64,000 nt of DNA. It comes from an uncultured Eubacteriales bacterium (lineage in GTDB: Bacteria; Bacillota; Clostridia; Lachnospirales; JAISER01). Positions 38,750-49,458 of this stretch are shown here, piece after piece; position 1 is the first letter of the stretch; each line of letters begins with the position of its first letter. The translations under genes and the position numbers were made by a program. Location: the NCBI GenBank assembly GCA_964545475.1, contig CAZJGG010000007.1, positions 1,103 through 65,102 on the forward strand. Reading direction: 5' to 3'. The notes beneath the pieces were generated by a model. It did no database searches. It saw only the letters and a list, made by a program, of their open reading frames with translations, and was not told the origin of the DNA.

Positions 38750-38790
38750 TACTAGCAATTTGATAAAACATTACAGAAAAGCTATTTTTA

Positions 38791-39177
38791 TTATCCGATT
38801 GCGTTATGAGTAAATGCTGCAACTGCGCAAGTTGGGATAACACAAATAGCGCCAAGTGGATTGCTGCATTCATTGAAACTACAGCCGCAGCCACCGCCCC
38901 AATTGTTCCAGCCGCCGCCGCCCCAATTGTTCCAGCCGCTGCCCCAGTTGTTCCAGCCGCCGCCCCAGTTGTTGAAGCCGCCTGAGCAAGAACTGCCAAC
39001 CGGGCATGCCGGTGGAGCGCCAACGTCACACAAAAGCCTAATGCAATTGCAATCAGCTGAAATGAGAACGCCTGTAAAGCCTGCTCCTGATAAACCTCCG
39101 CTAGTTGTGAAAACTGTAACTGTTTGACCAAGATAGCGAATCATACTTTCGCATAAACAGTTAATCCAATTATCCAT
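38791..39177 (-). CDS. Cys-rich protein with GWNNWGG repeats, function unknown
   Basis: AAGGAGG lies 7 nt before ATG 39177. 128 aa with 13 Cys and four G(G)GWNNW units. Frame chosen by RBS over two alternative overlapping track ORFs. Confidence 0.6.
   Translation of the reverse strand: MDNWINCLCESMIRYLGQTVTVFTTSGGLSGAGFTGVLISADCNCIRLLCDVGAPPACPVGSSCSGGFNNWGGGWNNWGSGWNNWGGGGWNNWGGGCGCSFNECSNPLGAICVIPTCAVAAFTHNAIG
38897..38983 (-). repeat. Four in-frame 21-24-nt tandem repeats
   Basis: CCCCA[AG]TTGTT[CG]CAGCCGC[CT]G units of 24+21+21+21 nt, encoding the GWNNWGG repeats. Confidence 0.85.
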
Positions 39178-39292
39178 GAATTTTCCTCCTTATAATTTAT
39201 AATAAAGGAGTTGTACACCCCTAATTCCATACTATGTAAAAGCTTAAAAAGTGTTACAAGCTGTTTTTAAAAAACAAAATGAAATTTAACTA

Positions 39293-39328
39293 TTGACTTA
39301 TAAACAGTAGTGCAATATACTGTTTATA
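39293..39328 (+). promoter_or_regulatory. Promoter with overlapping 11-8-11 palindromic operator (PadR module)
   Basis: TTGACT (39293), 17 nt spacer, TATACT (39316). Palindrome TATAAACAGTA-N8-TACTGTTTATA spans 39299-39328. Confidence 0.6.
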
Positions 39329-39366
39329 GATTAGTAGATGGATGGAGAGAAAGGGGAGATTACTTT

Positions 39367-40050
39367 TTGACAAAGCAGGAATTTCTTAATTCTATACAGA
39401 AAAAACTTAGATGGCATATTTCTAAAGAGGAAATTGGCAGGATATTAGAAAAATACGACAATTACTTTGAATCAAACATTGATAAAAGTGAAGAACAATT
39501 AGTCCTCGAATGTGGAAGTGTGGATTTGATTGTTGACGAAATTATATTTGAAAACGGCGGTAAGAAATTTATAAAAACACATTTTCGATTTAGCTTACTT
39601 ACGAAAATTTATTTATCAAATGCGTTTTTAATTTTAATTTTATTAACAATGAACTATTTTTTCATAACATTACCAATAAAAGATTTAGCTAAACCCCAAG
39701 GTCAAGAGATATCTTTAATTTCAAAAATTGTATTTTTATGTCCCGTAGAAAAAATGGGAAGCACTTTTAATATTATTATATCAACTAGCATTCTATTTTT
39801 TTGGACACTCGCAGTAATCGCAGTTGTTTATATTATAAAAACAGGAATAATACTGATTCCAAATCTTATATCAAATGTTGTAGCAGCAGTTTATTTAACA
39901 TCAATAATGCGAATTCTAAAAAACTTGTCATCTGTAAATGATTTTACAAAGCGAGTTAATTCTCAATTTACCATATTATTATGGGGGTTTACAATTTCGA
40001 TTATTTGTGTTCTTGTAGTATTCTTTGTTCTAAGGAGGGCAAACAAATGA
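39367..40050 (+). CDS. DUF1700-like membrane protein
   Basis: TTG start after AAGGGGAG. N-terminus TKQEFLNSIQKKLR...SKEEIGRILEKYDNYFE is typical of DUF1700, followed by 4 or more TM segments. ATGA overlap with the padR start. Confidence 0.65.
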   Translation: MTKQEFLNSIQKKLRWHISKEEIGRILEKYDNYFESNIDKSEEQLVLECGSVDLIVDEIIFENGGKKFIKTHFRFSLLTKIYLSNAFLILILLTMNYFFITLPIKDLAKPQGQEISLISKIVFLCPVEKMGSTFNIIISTSILFFWTLAVIAVVYIIKTGIILIPNLISNVVAAVYLTSIMRILKNLSSVNDFTKRVNSQFTILLWGFTISIICVLVVFFVLRRANK

Positions 40051-40358
40051 TTGCCCAGCTTAAAAAAGGCGTTCTGGAATTTTGTGTTTTGCACACACTT
40101 AACAGTAAAGAACTATATGGGTATGAAATAATGAAAAAAATTACCAGTACATTTGATGATACCAGTGAACAAACTATCTATACAATTTTGCGCAGGCTGC
40201 TTGCTGATGGATATACAGAATGCTTTTCTAAAGATGAATCAAATGGTCCTCCCAGAAAATATTATCGTTTAACACCAGAAGGACAAAAATATCTTGAAAG
40301 GTGCTGTAACGATTGGAAGTATATTCAAGATGCGGTAACTATAATCATTAAGGGGTAA
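40047..40358 (+). CDS. PadR-family transcriptional regulator
   Basis: LKKGVLEFCVLHTL...LYGYEIMKKI...TIYTILRRLLADGY...RKYYRLTPEG. AAGGAGGG RBS. Confidence 0.85.
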   Translation: MIAQLKKGVLEFCVLHTLNSKELYGYEIMKKITSTFDDTSEQTIYTILRRLLADGYTECFSKDESNGPPRKYYRLTPEGQKYLERCCNDWKYIQDAVTIIIKG

Positions 40359-40396
40359 AATCTATAGTTAAGAGAAATTGAGTAACTGTGCCCGAT

Positions 40397-40434
40397 TTAA
40401 GAGCCAGTCTAATCTATATTAGACTGGCTCTTAA
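40397..40434. terminator. Bidirectional hairpin between padR and uvrA
   Basis: TTAAGAGCCAGTCTAAT-CTA-TATTAGACTGGCTCTTAA. The core 40401-40430 resembles paired family B/D tips. Confidence 0.55.
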
Positions 40435-40456
40435 GGCAGTTGAAAAAATTCCAGTA

Positions 40457-43282
40457 TTACAGCATCTTTTTCAAATATGACCCTGTGTAGGATTTTTTGC
40501 TTTTAGCAACATCTTCCGGTGTGCCGCTGGCGATAATTTTTCCGCCTTTGTCTCCGCCCTCTGGGCCTAAGTCTATAATGTAGTCTGCGGTTTTAATAAC
40601 GTCAAGATTATGTTCAATAACAACTACTGTGTTTCCGCCCTCCGCTAGGGTTTGTAAAATTCCAATTAGTTTGTGAACATCCGCCGCATGAAGCCCTGTA
40701 GTCGGCTCGTCTAAAACATACATAGTTTTGCCTGTATTTCGTTTGGAAAGCTCTGTTGCAAGCTTTACCCTTTGGGCTTCGCCGCCGGAAAGAGTAGTGG
40801 AGGATTGCCCCAGCTTAACATAAGAAAGCCCAACATCGCTTAAAACTTGAAGTTTTTCCCTAAGTCTTGGTAGATTCTCAAAAAACTCCACACCCTCGCC
40901 AATGGTCATTTCCAATACATCGGAAATTGTTTTGCCTTTGTATTTAACTTCCAATGTTTCACGATTATATCTTTTTCCGCCGCAAACCTCGCAGGGCACA
41001 TAAACGTCTGGCAAAAAGTGCATTTCAATTTTAATTATACCGTCCCCGGAGCAGGCTTCGCATCTGCCGCCTTTAACGTTAAAGGAAAACCGCCCTTTTT
41101 GGTAACCTCGGATTTTTGCTTCCGGCGTTTGGGAAAAAACATCACGTATAAGGTCAAACAGCCCTGTATATGTTGCCGGGTTTGAACGGGGAGTTCTGCC
41201 GATTGGAGACTGGTCTATATTTATTATTTTGTCAAGAAGTTCGATTCCTAACATTTCTTCGTGAATGCCCGGTTTCATTTTAGCTCGGTTTAAGTCCCTT
41301 GCAAGCCGTTTATATAAAATTTCATTTACCAAGGAAGATTTACCTGAGCCAGAAACTCCTGTAACACAAGTGAAAACTCCAAGGGGTATAGAAACGTCTA
41401 CATTTTTTAAGTTGTTTTCTTTACAGCCTTTAATTATAAGTTTGTTTTCGCCCATAGGGCGTCTTTCAGCAGGCACTTCTATTTTAATTTTTCCGCTTAA
41501 ATAAGATCCGGTAAGGGATTTATCACAATTAAGTAAATCTTGAGGCTTTCCGGAAAAAATAACCTCACCGCCGTTAACTCCAGCAAAAGGGCCAATATCT
41601 ACAATAAAGTCGGATTCCATCATTGTATCTGAATCGTGTTCAACGACAATTAACGTATTTCCAATATCCTTTAAATGCTTTAAAGTCTTTAAAAGCTTGT
41701 CATTATCTCGCTGGTGAAGCCCTATAGACGGTTCATCCAATATATAAACAACACCAACAAGACCAGAGCCAATTTGGGTGGCAAGCCTAATTCTTTGGGC
41801 TTCGCCGCCGGACAAAGTGCTTGCGGAACGAGATAGCGTCAAATAATCAAGTCCAACATCCAGTAAAAAGCCAGTTCTTGCGTGTATTTCCTTTAAAATC
41901 TGCTCGGCAATAATCATTTGCGAAGGTGTAAGCTCTAAACCGGAAAAAAACTCCTGGACGGAAGCGACTGTAGAGTTTGTTATATCCGATATGTTTTTCC
42001 CGGCGATTTTAACTGCCAGAACCTCTGGTTTAAGACGTTTCCCTTTACAAGCCGGGCATTCTATGTTTGTCATTAAAGCTTCATATTCTTGACGCATGTA
42101 ATCTGAGCTTGTTTCTTTATATCTTCGCTGTAAGCTGTTTATTATACCCTCAAAAGCCCAAGAATAGCTTTTTGTTTCTCCGCCGCTGGCATATTCAATA
42201 TTTATTTTTTTATCTCCTGTGCCGTATAAAATTATGTTTTTAATCTGGTCACTAAGCTGTGAATAAGGGGTGGTTATATCAAAGTTATATTCCTTTGCAA
42301 GCGCTTTGTATAATGAATTTGCAATGCTTGTATCGGACTGGGCAGAGTTCCAGCCCGGGGCAAAAACTGCACCTTCCAAAAGGCTTAAATTAGGGTTTTG
42401 AATAACCAGCTCCGGATCAATTTTCATTTGCATTCCAAGCCCCATACATTCAGAGCAAGCACCGGCCGGGTTGTTAAATGAAAACAACCTCGGTTCAACT
42501 TCTTCAAGGCTTATGCCGCAATCTGGGCAGGCAAAGCTTTGGCTAAACATAAGTTGTTGGCCGTTTTCACAATCTACAACTAAAAGCCCTCCGGAAAGAT
42601 GCATTACAGTTTCGATAGAGCCGGAAAGCCTTTTTTGCATATCAGGCTTTACAATTAGCCTGTCTACGACTATTTCAATTGTATGCTTTTTGTTTTTCTC
42701 TATTTTTATCTCTTCAGTAAGCTCGTAAATTATGCCGTCAATTCTGACACGGACGTAACCGCTTTTTCTGGCATCTTCCAAAAGTTTTGTATGCTCGCCT
42801 TTTCTGTTTCTAACAACAGGGGCAAGAAGCTGAATTTTCATTTTTTCCGGCAAAGCGCAAATACTATCTACAATTTGGTCAACAGTCTGCTTTTTTATTT
42901 CTTTACCGCATATATGGCAATGGGGAGTGCCAACTCTTGCAAATAAAAGACGTAAATAATCGTAAATTTCAGTAACCGTGCCGACTGTGGAGCGTGGGTT
43001 ATGGTTTGTTGTTTTCTGGTCTATGGAAATTGCAGGGGAAAGCCCCTCAATAAAATCTACATTAGGCTTTTCCATTTGGCCCAAGAATTGGCGTGCGTAT
43101 GCGGAAAGGGATTCCACATACCGTCTTTGCCCCTCTGCGTAAATTGTGTCAAATGCAAGGGAAGACTTGCCCGAACCGCTAATGCCGGTAAACACAACAA
43201 ATTGATTTCTTGGTATTTCTAAATCAATATTTTTTAAGTTATGCTCCCTTGCGCCTTTTATTATTATTTTGTCATGCGACAT
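40457..43282 (-). CDS. uvrA: Excinuclease ABC subunit A
   Basis: 941 aa with two ABC ATPase modules ([18 protein letters not shown]; LSGGEAQR twice) and zinc-finger cysteines. Confidence 0.97.
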   Translation of the reverse strand: MSHDKIIIKGAREHNLKNIDLEIPRNQFVVFTGISGSGKSSLAFDTIYAEGQRRYVESLSAYARQFLGQMEKPNVDFIEGLSPAISIDQKTTNHNPRSTVGTVTEIYDYLRLLFARVGTPHCHICGKEIKKQTVDQIVDSICALPEKMKIQLLAPVVRNRKGEHTKLLEDARKSGYVRVRIDGIIYELTEEIKIEKNKKHTIEIVVDRLIVKPDMQKRLSGSIETVMHLSGGLLVVDCENGQQLMFSQSFACPDCGISLEEVEPRLFSFNNPAGACSECMGLGMQMKIDPELVIQNPNLSLLEGAVFAPGWNSAQSDTSIANSLYKALAKEYNFDITTPYSQLSDQIKNIILYGTGDKKINIEYASGGETKSYSWAFEGIINSLQRRYKETSSDYMRQEYEALMTNIECPACKGKRLKPEVLAVKIAGKNISDITNSTVASVQEFFSGLELTPSQMIIAEQILKEIHARTGFLLDVGLDYLTLSRSASTLSGGEAQRIRLATQIGSGLVGVVYILDEPSIGLHQRDNDKLLKTLKHLKDIGNTLIVVEHDSDTMMESDFIVDIGPFAGVNGGEVIFSGKPQDLLNCDKSLTGSYLSGKIKIEVPAERRPMGENKLIIKGCKENNLKNVDVSIPLGVFTCVTGVSGSGKSSLVNEILYKRLARDLNRAKMKPGIHEEMLGIELLDKIINIDQSPIGRTPRSNPATYTGLFDLIRDVFSQTPEAKIRGYQKGRFSFNVKGGRCEACSGDGIIKIEMHFLPDVYVPCEVCGGKRYNRETLEVKYKGKTISDVLEMTIGEGVEFFENLPRLREKLQVLSDVGLSYVKLGQSSTTLSGGEAQRVKLATELSKRNTGKTMYVLDEPTTGLHAADVHKLIGILQTLAEGGNTVVVIEHNLDVIKTADYIIDLGPEGGDKGGKIIASGTPEDVAKSKKSYTGSYLKKML

Positions 43283-43295
43283 TTTAGTCCTCTTC

Positions 43296-45272
43296 TCATT
43301 TCAAAAATTTCTTAAGTGCAATAATCTCGTCTCTTAAATTTGCGGCTCGTTCAAAGTGTAAATCCATTGCCGCTTGTTTCATTTCTTTTTCAAGCTTTTT
43401 AATTGAATCTCTGATTTCATTAACACCCATAGATTCAGGGTCTTTATCAAGCCCCATGGTTTTCTTCTCATCCGGGGTTATAGTTGCGTGTATAATGTCG
43501 TGAACTTTTTTGATTATAGTTTTAGGTGTAATTCCATGTAATTTATTGTATTCCATCTGAATTGCCCGGCGGCGGCTGGTTTCGTTAATTGCTCTTTGCA
43601 TAGAATCAGTAATTTTGTCTGCATACATTATAACTTTTGCTTCGGAGTTTCTCGCCGCACGTCCTATTGTCTGGATTAATGAGGTTTCAGAACGCAAAAA
43701 ACCCTCTTTATCGGCATCAAGTATAGCAACCAAAGCTGTTTCGGGAATATCAAGCCCTTCACGAAGCAGATTTATGCCTACAAGCACGTCAAATACGTTA
43801 AGCCGCAAATCTCGTATAATTTCAAGCCTTTCAAGGGTATCAATGTCAGAATGCAAATATTTAACTCTAACGCCGTGTTCGCCTAGATATTTTGTCAAGT
43901 CTTCCGCCATTTTTTTAGTAAGAGTTGTTACTAAAACTTTAAAGCCTTTATTAACCGTTAAGTTAATTTCCGTCAATAAATTGTCAATTTGCCCTTTTAT
44001 TGGGCGAATGAATATTTCAGGGTCAAGCAGCCCTGTTGGGCGGATAATTTGCTCTATAGGCTTATCTCCGTGTTCATATTCATAAGGACCTGGTGTTGCC
44101 GAAACAAACATCAATTGATTAATTTTGTTTTCAAATTCGTTAAATTTAAGTGGTCTGTTATCAAGAGCAGAGGGCAGACGGAAGCCGAAATTTACTAAAG
44201 TGGTCTTTCGGGATTTATCTCCCTCATACATGCCCCGAACCTGTGGCAGAGAAACGTGAGACTCGTCGGCGATAATTAAAAAGTCATCGGGAAAATAGTC
44301 CAAAAGAGTATGAGGAGTGCTTCCCGGCTCTCTTTGAGACAAATGCCTTGAATAATTTTCAATACCCGAACAAAACCCCATTTCCCTGAGCAGTTCTATA
44401 TCATAATTTGTTCTTTGCATAATTCTCTGGGCTTCCAGCAGCTTGTCCTCGGATTTAAACAGTTTAATTTGCTCCGCAAGCTCTGTCTCAATAGTGCCAA
44501 TTGCCGTTTCAAGCTTATCCCTTGTTGTAACGTAGTGAGAAGCAGGGAATATTGTTATATGGTTCAAGTATGCCCTTATTTCCCCTGTTACAACATGAAT
44601 TTCCGCAATTCTTTCAACTTCATCGCCGAAAAATTCAACTCTGTAAGCAGTTTCCGAAGAATACGCCGGGAAAATTTCCACAACGTCTCCTCTAACACGA
44701 AAAGTTCCCCGGATAAAGTTCATATCGTTTCTGTCATACTGTATTTCCACAAGCTTTTTTAAACACTCATCACGCTCTTTAATCATTCCCGGGCGCAGAG
44801 TAAGGCAAAGAGCGTTATAATCAATAGGGTCGCCAAGACCGTAAATACATGAAACGCTGGCAACAATAATAACGTCTCTACGTTCAAATAATGATGCGGT
44901 TGCAGAATGCCTTAATTTATCTATTTCATCGTTTATAGACGAATCTTTTTCAATATAAGTGTCGGAGGAAGGAACATACGCCTCCGGCTGATAATAATCG
45001 TAATAGCTTACAAAATACTCAACGGCATTGTTGGGGAAAAACTCCTTAAATTCGCTAAACAACTGTGCCGCAAGAGTTTTGTTGTGTGCCATAACAAGTG
45101 TAGGGCGTTGCAGCCTTTGAATAACGTTTGCCATTGTAAATGTTTTGCCAGAACCTGTAACGCCCATAAGGGTTTGAAATTTCTTTCCGCTTTTAAAGCC
45201 GGAAACAAGGGCGTCAATTGCCTCCGGCTGGTCGCCGGTGGGCTTAAATTCGGAAACTAAGTTAAATTCCAT
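43296..45272 (-). CDS. uvrB: Excinuclease ABC subunit B
   Basis: 658 aa. GVTGSGKT helicase motif I and a C-terminal UVR domain ([11 protein letters not shown]). Confidence 0.97.
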   Translation of the reverse strand: MEFNLVSEFKPTGDQPEAIDALVSGFKSGKKFQTLMGVTGSGKTFTMANVIQRLQRPTLVMAHNKTLAAQLFSEFKEFFPNNAVEYFVSYYDYYQPEAYVPSSDTYIEKDSSINDEIDKLRHSATASLFERRDVIIVASVSCIYGLGDPIDYNALCLTLRPGMIKERDECLKKLVEIQYDRNDMNFIRGTFRVRGDVVEIFPAYSSETAYRVEFFGDEVERIAEIHVVTGEIRAYLNHITIFPASHYVTTRDKLETAIGTIETELAEQIKLFKSEDKLLEAQRIMQRTNYDIELLREMGFCSGIENYSRHLSQREPGSTPHTLLDYFPDDFLIIADESHVSLPQVRGMYEGDKSRKTTLVNFGFRLPSALDNRPLKFNEFENKINQLMFVSATPGPYEYEHGDKPIEQIIRPTGLLDPEIFIRPIKGQIDNLLTEINLTVNKGFKVLVTTLTKKMAEDLTKYLGEHGVRVKYLHSDIDTLERLEIIRDLRLNVFDVLVGINLLREGLDIPETALVAILDADKEGFLRSETSLIQTIGRAARNSEAKVIMYADKITDSMQRAINETSRRRAIQMEYNKLHGITPKTIIKKVHDIIHATITPDEKKTMGLDKDPESMGVNEIRDSIKKLEKEMKQAAMDLHFERAANLRDEIIALKKFLK

Positions 45273-45344
45273 ATGTTCAACCTCCCAGGTTATTATAGCA
45301 TAGCATAAATATTTTGTATAGATAAAAAAACAAATGTTCGTACT

Positions 45345-45379
45345 AAAAAAGGGCTGTTAAATTAAGGCAGCCCCTTTTT
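45345..45379 (-). terminator. Intrinsic terminator after the NCS2 permease gene
   Basis: GGGCTG-N11-CAGCCC flanked by A and T runs. On the minus strand the stem is followed by TTTTTT. Confidence 0.65.
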
Positions 45380-45404
45380 GTTATTATTATGTATTTTTCG
45401 GTAG

Positions 45405-46751
45405 TTATTCTTCCTTAGGTAATACTAAATTTAAAACAAGTGCGATAAGGGTTGCCGCAGCAATTCCGTTGCCGCCGAATATGTATTGAAGCCATTGTGG
45501 GAAATGTGCCATTGCGCCAGCTGCAAGACCTGCACCTTGCCCAAAGCCAACGCCTATACCTAAAGAAAGGGCAATTATTAATGTGTTGCGCCCATCAAGC
45601 TTAACTTGTTGTAAAAGCCCGATGCCGGAAACTGTAATAGAGCCAAACATGCCAATTACTGCGCCCCCTAAAACTGCTGGAGGAATTGAGGAAAAAAACA
45701 CTCCTAAAGGCGTTAAAAGCCCGGCAAAAATTAAAAATATTGCGCCGCAGGCAATAGTAAATTTGTTAACAACTCTTGTCATGCGGACAAGTCCTACGTT
45801 TTGGCTGAAAGATGTTAAAGGAGAAACGTTAAAAATGGAAGCAAAAAAGCTGGAAAAACCGTCGGAAAGAATCGAGCCCCGAAGCTCTTCGTCGGTTGGT
45901 TCTCTGTCAAGCCCACCTTGAGTAACGCCGGAAGTATCACCGATTGTTTCCATTGCTGTAACTATAAACATAAAAAGCATAGGAATAATTGCACCAAGTT
46001 TAAACTCAATGCCGTACTTAAATGGCATTGGTATAGAAATTATGCCTTTTGAAAAAATGTCTGTAAGGACGAAATTAAAAGTTTGCTGTTCCACCGGAAT
46101 TACGTAATGCATAATAAGAGCAAGAAAATATCCGGCAATCATAGCGATAAGCATACTGGCAAGGTTTGCAAGCCCTTTTGCGTAAGTTTTTAAAACAACG
46201 ATAACAAGTATAACAAAAAATGCAATGCCTAAATTTTGGAGTGAGCCGAAGTTAGGGTTAAACTGAGGCGTACCGCCACCAGCCATAGCCTGAATACCAA
46301 CGGGCAAAAGAGTAAGACCGATTGAAAGCACTGTAATCCCTGTTACAAGAGGAGGGAAAAATCTTCTCAAATGCTTCATAAAAACGCCGAGAGACATTTC
46401 AAACAAACCGCCAACAAGGCCGGCGCCCATAAGCGCACCCCAGCCAAAAGTTCCGGCAATAAAGCTGTTTACACCTAAAAAAGCGGAGCTAGTACCCATA
46501 ACAACAGGAAGCCCTGCACCAATAGGTCCGATTTTGTATAACTGTACTAAAGTCATTAACCCGGCAAGAACCATAGCGCATTGACAAAGGTACGCAATGT
46601 CAACAGTACCTCCCAGAGCGCCGCCTACAATAAGCAAAGGCGTTAAATTACCCACAAACATTGCAAGAACGTGCTGCATTCCTAAAGTTGCCGCTGTAAA
46701 CAAAGGCGGCTTACCCTCAAGCTGGTAAACGAGCTTTTCTTGTTCTTTCAT
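45405..46751 (-). CDS. NCS2-family nucleobase (xanthine/uracil) permease
   Basis: 448 aa polytopic membrane protein with NCS2-like motifs. GGGAGGGG RBS. Confidence 0.8.
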   Translation of the reverse strand: MKEQEKLVYQLEGKPPLFTAATLGMQHVLAMFVGNLTPLLIVGGALGGTVDIAYLCQCAMVLAGLMTLVQLYKIGPIGAGLPVVMGTSSAFLGVNSFIAGTFGWGALMGAGLVGGLFEMSLGVFMKHLRRFFPPLVTGITVLSIGLTLLPVGIQAMAGGGTPQFNPNFGSLQNLGIAFFVILVIVVLKTYAKGLANLASMLIAMIAGYFLALIMHYVIPVEQQTFNFVLTDIFSKGIISIPMPFKYGIEFKLGAIIPMLFMFIVTAMETIGDTSGVTQGGLDREPTDEELRGSILSDGFSSFFASIFNVSPLTSFSQNVGLVRMTRVVNKFTIACGAIFLIFAGLLTPLGVFFSSIPPAVLGGAVIGMFGSITVSGIGLLQQVKLDGRNTLIIALSLGIGVGFGQGAGLAAGAMAHFPQWLQYIFGGNGIAAATLIALVLNLVLPKEE

Positions 46752-46787
46752 ATTAAACCCCTCCCTAAATTTTTGTGTAATACTATT

Positions 46788-47714
46788 TTATGAGAAATTA
46801 ATTGGATTAACCCAGTCATAAGGTGTTTTTTGATAAACATAATAATTTAGCCAATTAGCAAAAAGCAAATTAGAATGGGAACGCCATGTTACAACAGGGG
46901 GCTGATTTGGGTCATCATTTTTAAAATAATTTTTTGGTATTTCAATATCCATGCCTTTATTAACGTCTCTGTAATATTCGTTGGCTAAAGTCATAGGGTC
47001 GTATTCGGAATGACCTGTTACAAATATTTGTCGTCCGTCTTTGGAAACAACAAGATATACCCCGGCTTCTTCAGATTCTGAAAGGGTTTCCAAAGACATA
47101 TGCCTTGCAATGTCTTCTTTATAAACAGTGGTGTGTCTTGAATGAGGCACATAAAAACAGGAGTCAAAACCTCTTAAAAGGTTAACGTTATCCCTGTTTA
47201 TGAAATGAGGGAAAACCCCGAACATTTTTTGGGGAAGCTGAAATTTAGGTATGCCGTAATGATAATACAAAGCGGCTTGCGCTCCCCAGCAAATATGCAT
47301 AGTGTTGGTTACGTTAAGTTTTGTCCATTCCAAAACTTTAGTAAGCTCATCCCAGTATGTAACCTGCTCAAAAGGCATTGTCTCTATAGGTGCTCCGGTT
47401 ATTATCATACCGTCGAACTTTTGGTCTTTAACCTCGTTAAATGTGTGGTAAAACGTATCTAAATATTGGGTAGATGTGTTTTTGGACATATGGCTTTCCA
47501 TATGTAGCAAAAACACATCTATTTGAAGCGGAGTATTGCCGATTAACCTTAATAGCTGAACTTCGGTTGTTTGTTTAACAGGCATAAGGTTTAAAATGGC
47601 AATTCTAAGAGGGCGAATATCCTGATGAAACGCCCTGTGTTGATCCATAACGAAAATGTTTTCTTCTTTTAAAATACTTTTAGCAGGTAGAAAATTAGGT
47701 ATTCTTATGGGCAT
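46788..47714 (-). CDS. metA: Homoserine O-acyltransferase MetA
   Basis: [11 protein letters not shown]...[11 protein letters not shown]-terminus and the HICWGAQA active-site region. Confidence 0.92.
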   Translation of the reverse strand: MPIRIPNFLPAKSILKEENIFVMDQHRAFHQDIRPLRIAILNLMPVKQTTEVQLLRLIGNTPLQIDVFLLHMESHMSKNTSTQYLDTFYHTFNEVKDQKFDGMIITGAPIETMPFEQVTYWDELTKVLEWTKLNVTNTMHICWGAQAALYYHYGIPKFQLPQKMFGVFPHFINRDNVNLLRGFDSCFYVPHSRHTTVYKEDIARHMSLETLSESEEAGVYLVVSKDGRQIFVTGHSEYDPMTLANEYYRDVNKGMDIEIPKNYFKNDDPNQPPVVTWRSHSNLLFANWLNYYVYQKTPYDWVNPINFS

Positions 47715-47715
47715 A

Positions 47716-49338
47716 TTATATGTCTTCCTCGGTTTCTAATGAGTCTTCTTTGTAGCGGTTAAAAAGCTTGTTAAGATATAAAAGTTTTTCTATTAAGTCA
47801 TCTGAAAGCATTTCTTGTGTATAACGGAAACGCCAATTACCAGCGGCTGTGCCTGGGGTATTCATACGTGCAAAAGATCCTAACCCCATAACATCCTGTA
47901 ATGGAACAATAGCGTAAGCCGCAACAGAGGAAAACAAAAGGCGGATTAAATCCCAAGCAGGGTCGCTGCCGGAAACATTCATAATTCTTCTGAAATAATC
48001 TTTATATTTTTCGTCGGCTTTTTCGTACCAGCCAAGGGTTGTGTCGTTGTCGTGAGTGCCTGTGTAAGCCACTGTGTTTGTCGTTTCAAAATTATGAGGT
48101 ATATAAGGGTCGTTTGCGCCGCCTTCAACGCCGAATTGGAGTATTCTCATGCCGGGAAGAGAATATTTGTTCCTTAAAGCGTCAACGTCTTCTGTAATTA
48201 AGCCTAAATCCTCAGCAATAATAGGAAGTTCTCCCAATTTTGCACGAACTGTTGCGAAAAGCTGGTCTCCCGGGGATTTTAACCATTCTCCGTTTACGGC
48301 AGTTTCTTCGCCGTATGGAACAGCCCAACAAGCTGCAAAACCTCTGAAATGGTCTATGCGTAAAATGTCAACTGATTTTAGGCTTTCGGCTATGCGCATA
48401 ACCCACCATTTAAAATTTGTGGATTTATGTTTATCCCAGTTATAAATAGGATTTCCCCATAACTGACCTGTAACGCTGAAATAATCCGGCGGAACTCCAG
48501 CAACCTTTGTTGGGTTGCCTTTTTTATCCAAATGGAATAAACTTGGGTTAGCCCAAACGTCGGAAGAGTCCATTGCAATAAAAATAGGAATATCGCCGAT
48601 AATCTTTATATCAAAGCCGTTAGCATATTCTTTAATTTTTTGCCACTGTTTGAAAAATTCATATTGAAGAAATTTTTCAAACTCAATCTCTTTTGCCAAA
48701 AGCTTAGACCATTTTTGCACAGCGGCTTTATGACGTTTTTTAATTTCATTGGGCCATGAAACCCATGCTGCTCCGTAATAATAATCTTTAACAGCATCTT
48801 CATTAAGCTTATCAGCGTTATCAAGCTTAAATTCATTATATTCCTTAGATTCAAATTCAAACCGCCGTTTTTCAATTAAATGTTGTTTTATTGCAACAAA
48901 CAGGGAATAATCATCAAGCCATTCCTTGTTGTTTTGGCAAAATTCCTTAAATGTTTCGTATTCTTGATTGTTGTCGCTTGCAAAGCGTTCATAAGCTTTT
49001 TTGTATAAGCCGTATTTAAACTCAATAACTGCGCCGTAATCAACGCTATTATCGTCAAACTGAGGCATACCTTCAAAGTCCCCGTCCTGTAAAAGTCCAT
49101 CTTCTTTAAGAATATCAGGGCTTATTAAAAGAGGGTTACCAGCATGGGTAGAAAAGCTTTGATATGGAGAATCTCCAAAACTTGTAGGGCCTAGAGGAAG
49201 TATTTGCCAAAGCTTTATGCCGCATTTTTTAGCAAAGTCGATAAAGTCATAAGCACCCTGCCCAAGATCTCCGATACCGAAGCGGGAAGGGAAGGACGTC
49301 GGGTGAGCCAAAATACCGCTCAATCGTTCAAGTACCAT
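47716..49338 (-). CDS. malQ: 4-alpha-glucanotransferase (amylomaltase, GH77)
   Basis: [18 protein letters not shown]-terminus, DHFRGF, and YTGTHDNDT. Start at ATG 49338 (AGGAGG upstream). Confidence 0.92.
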   Translation of the reverse strand: MVLERLSGILAHPTSFPSRFGIGDLGQGAYDFIDFAKKCGIKLWQILPLGPTSFGDSPYQSFSTHAGNPLLISPDILKEDGLLQDGDFEGMPQFDDNSVDYGAVIEFKYGLYKKAYERFASDNNQEYETFKEFCQNNKEWLDDYSLFVAIKQHLIEKRRFEFESKEYNEFKLDNADKLNEDAVKDYYYGAAWVSWPNEIKKRHKAAVQKWSKLLAKEIEFEKFLQYEFFKQWQKIKEYANGFDIKIIGDIPIFIAMDSSDVWANPSLFHLDKKGNPTKVAGVPPDYFSVTGQLWGNPIYNWDKHKSTNFKWWVMRIAESLKSVDILRIDHFRGFAACWAVPYGEETAVNGEWLKSPGDQLFATVRAKLGELPIIAEDLGLITEDVDALRNKYSLPGMRILQFGVEGGANDPYIPHNFETTNTVAYTGTHDNDTTLGWYEKADEKYKDYFRRIMNVSGSDPAWDLIRLLFSSVAAYAIVPLQDVMGLGSFARMNTPGTAAGNWRFRYTQEMLSDDLIEKLLYLNKLFNRYKEDSLETEEDI

Positions 49339-49458
49339 TTTTTTTACCTCCTGCAAATTTCATAAATTTGTTATTATTATTGCTATGTTTGCTTTTTATT
49401 TTAAAACAGGATATAATAATAGTCAAACATTAATTGTAAAAGAAAGGAAAAAAATTTA

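Noticed and set aside
38667-39131. Alternative frames over the Gly/Trp repeat region (154-aa minus ORF and 88-aa plus ORF rich in PPPQLF)
   Set aside because: Repeat-driven open frames. Only the 38791..39177 frame has a canonical AAGGAGG-ATG start, and the others lack an RBS.
49357-49458. T-box leader upstream of metG
   Set aside because: The intergenic region is only about 100 nt, too short for a T-box, and no specifier or terminator-antiterminator pattern is visible.
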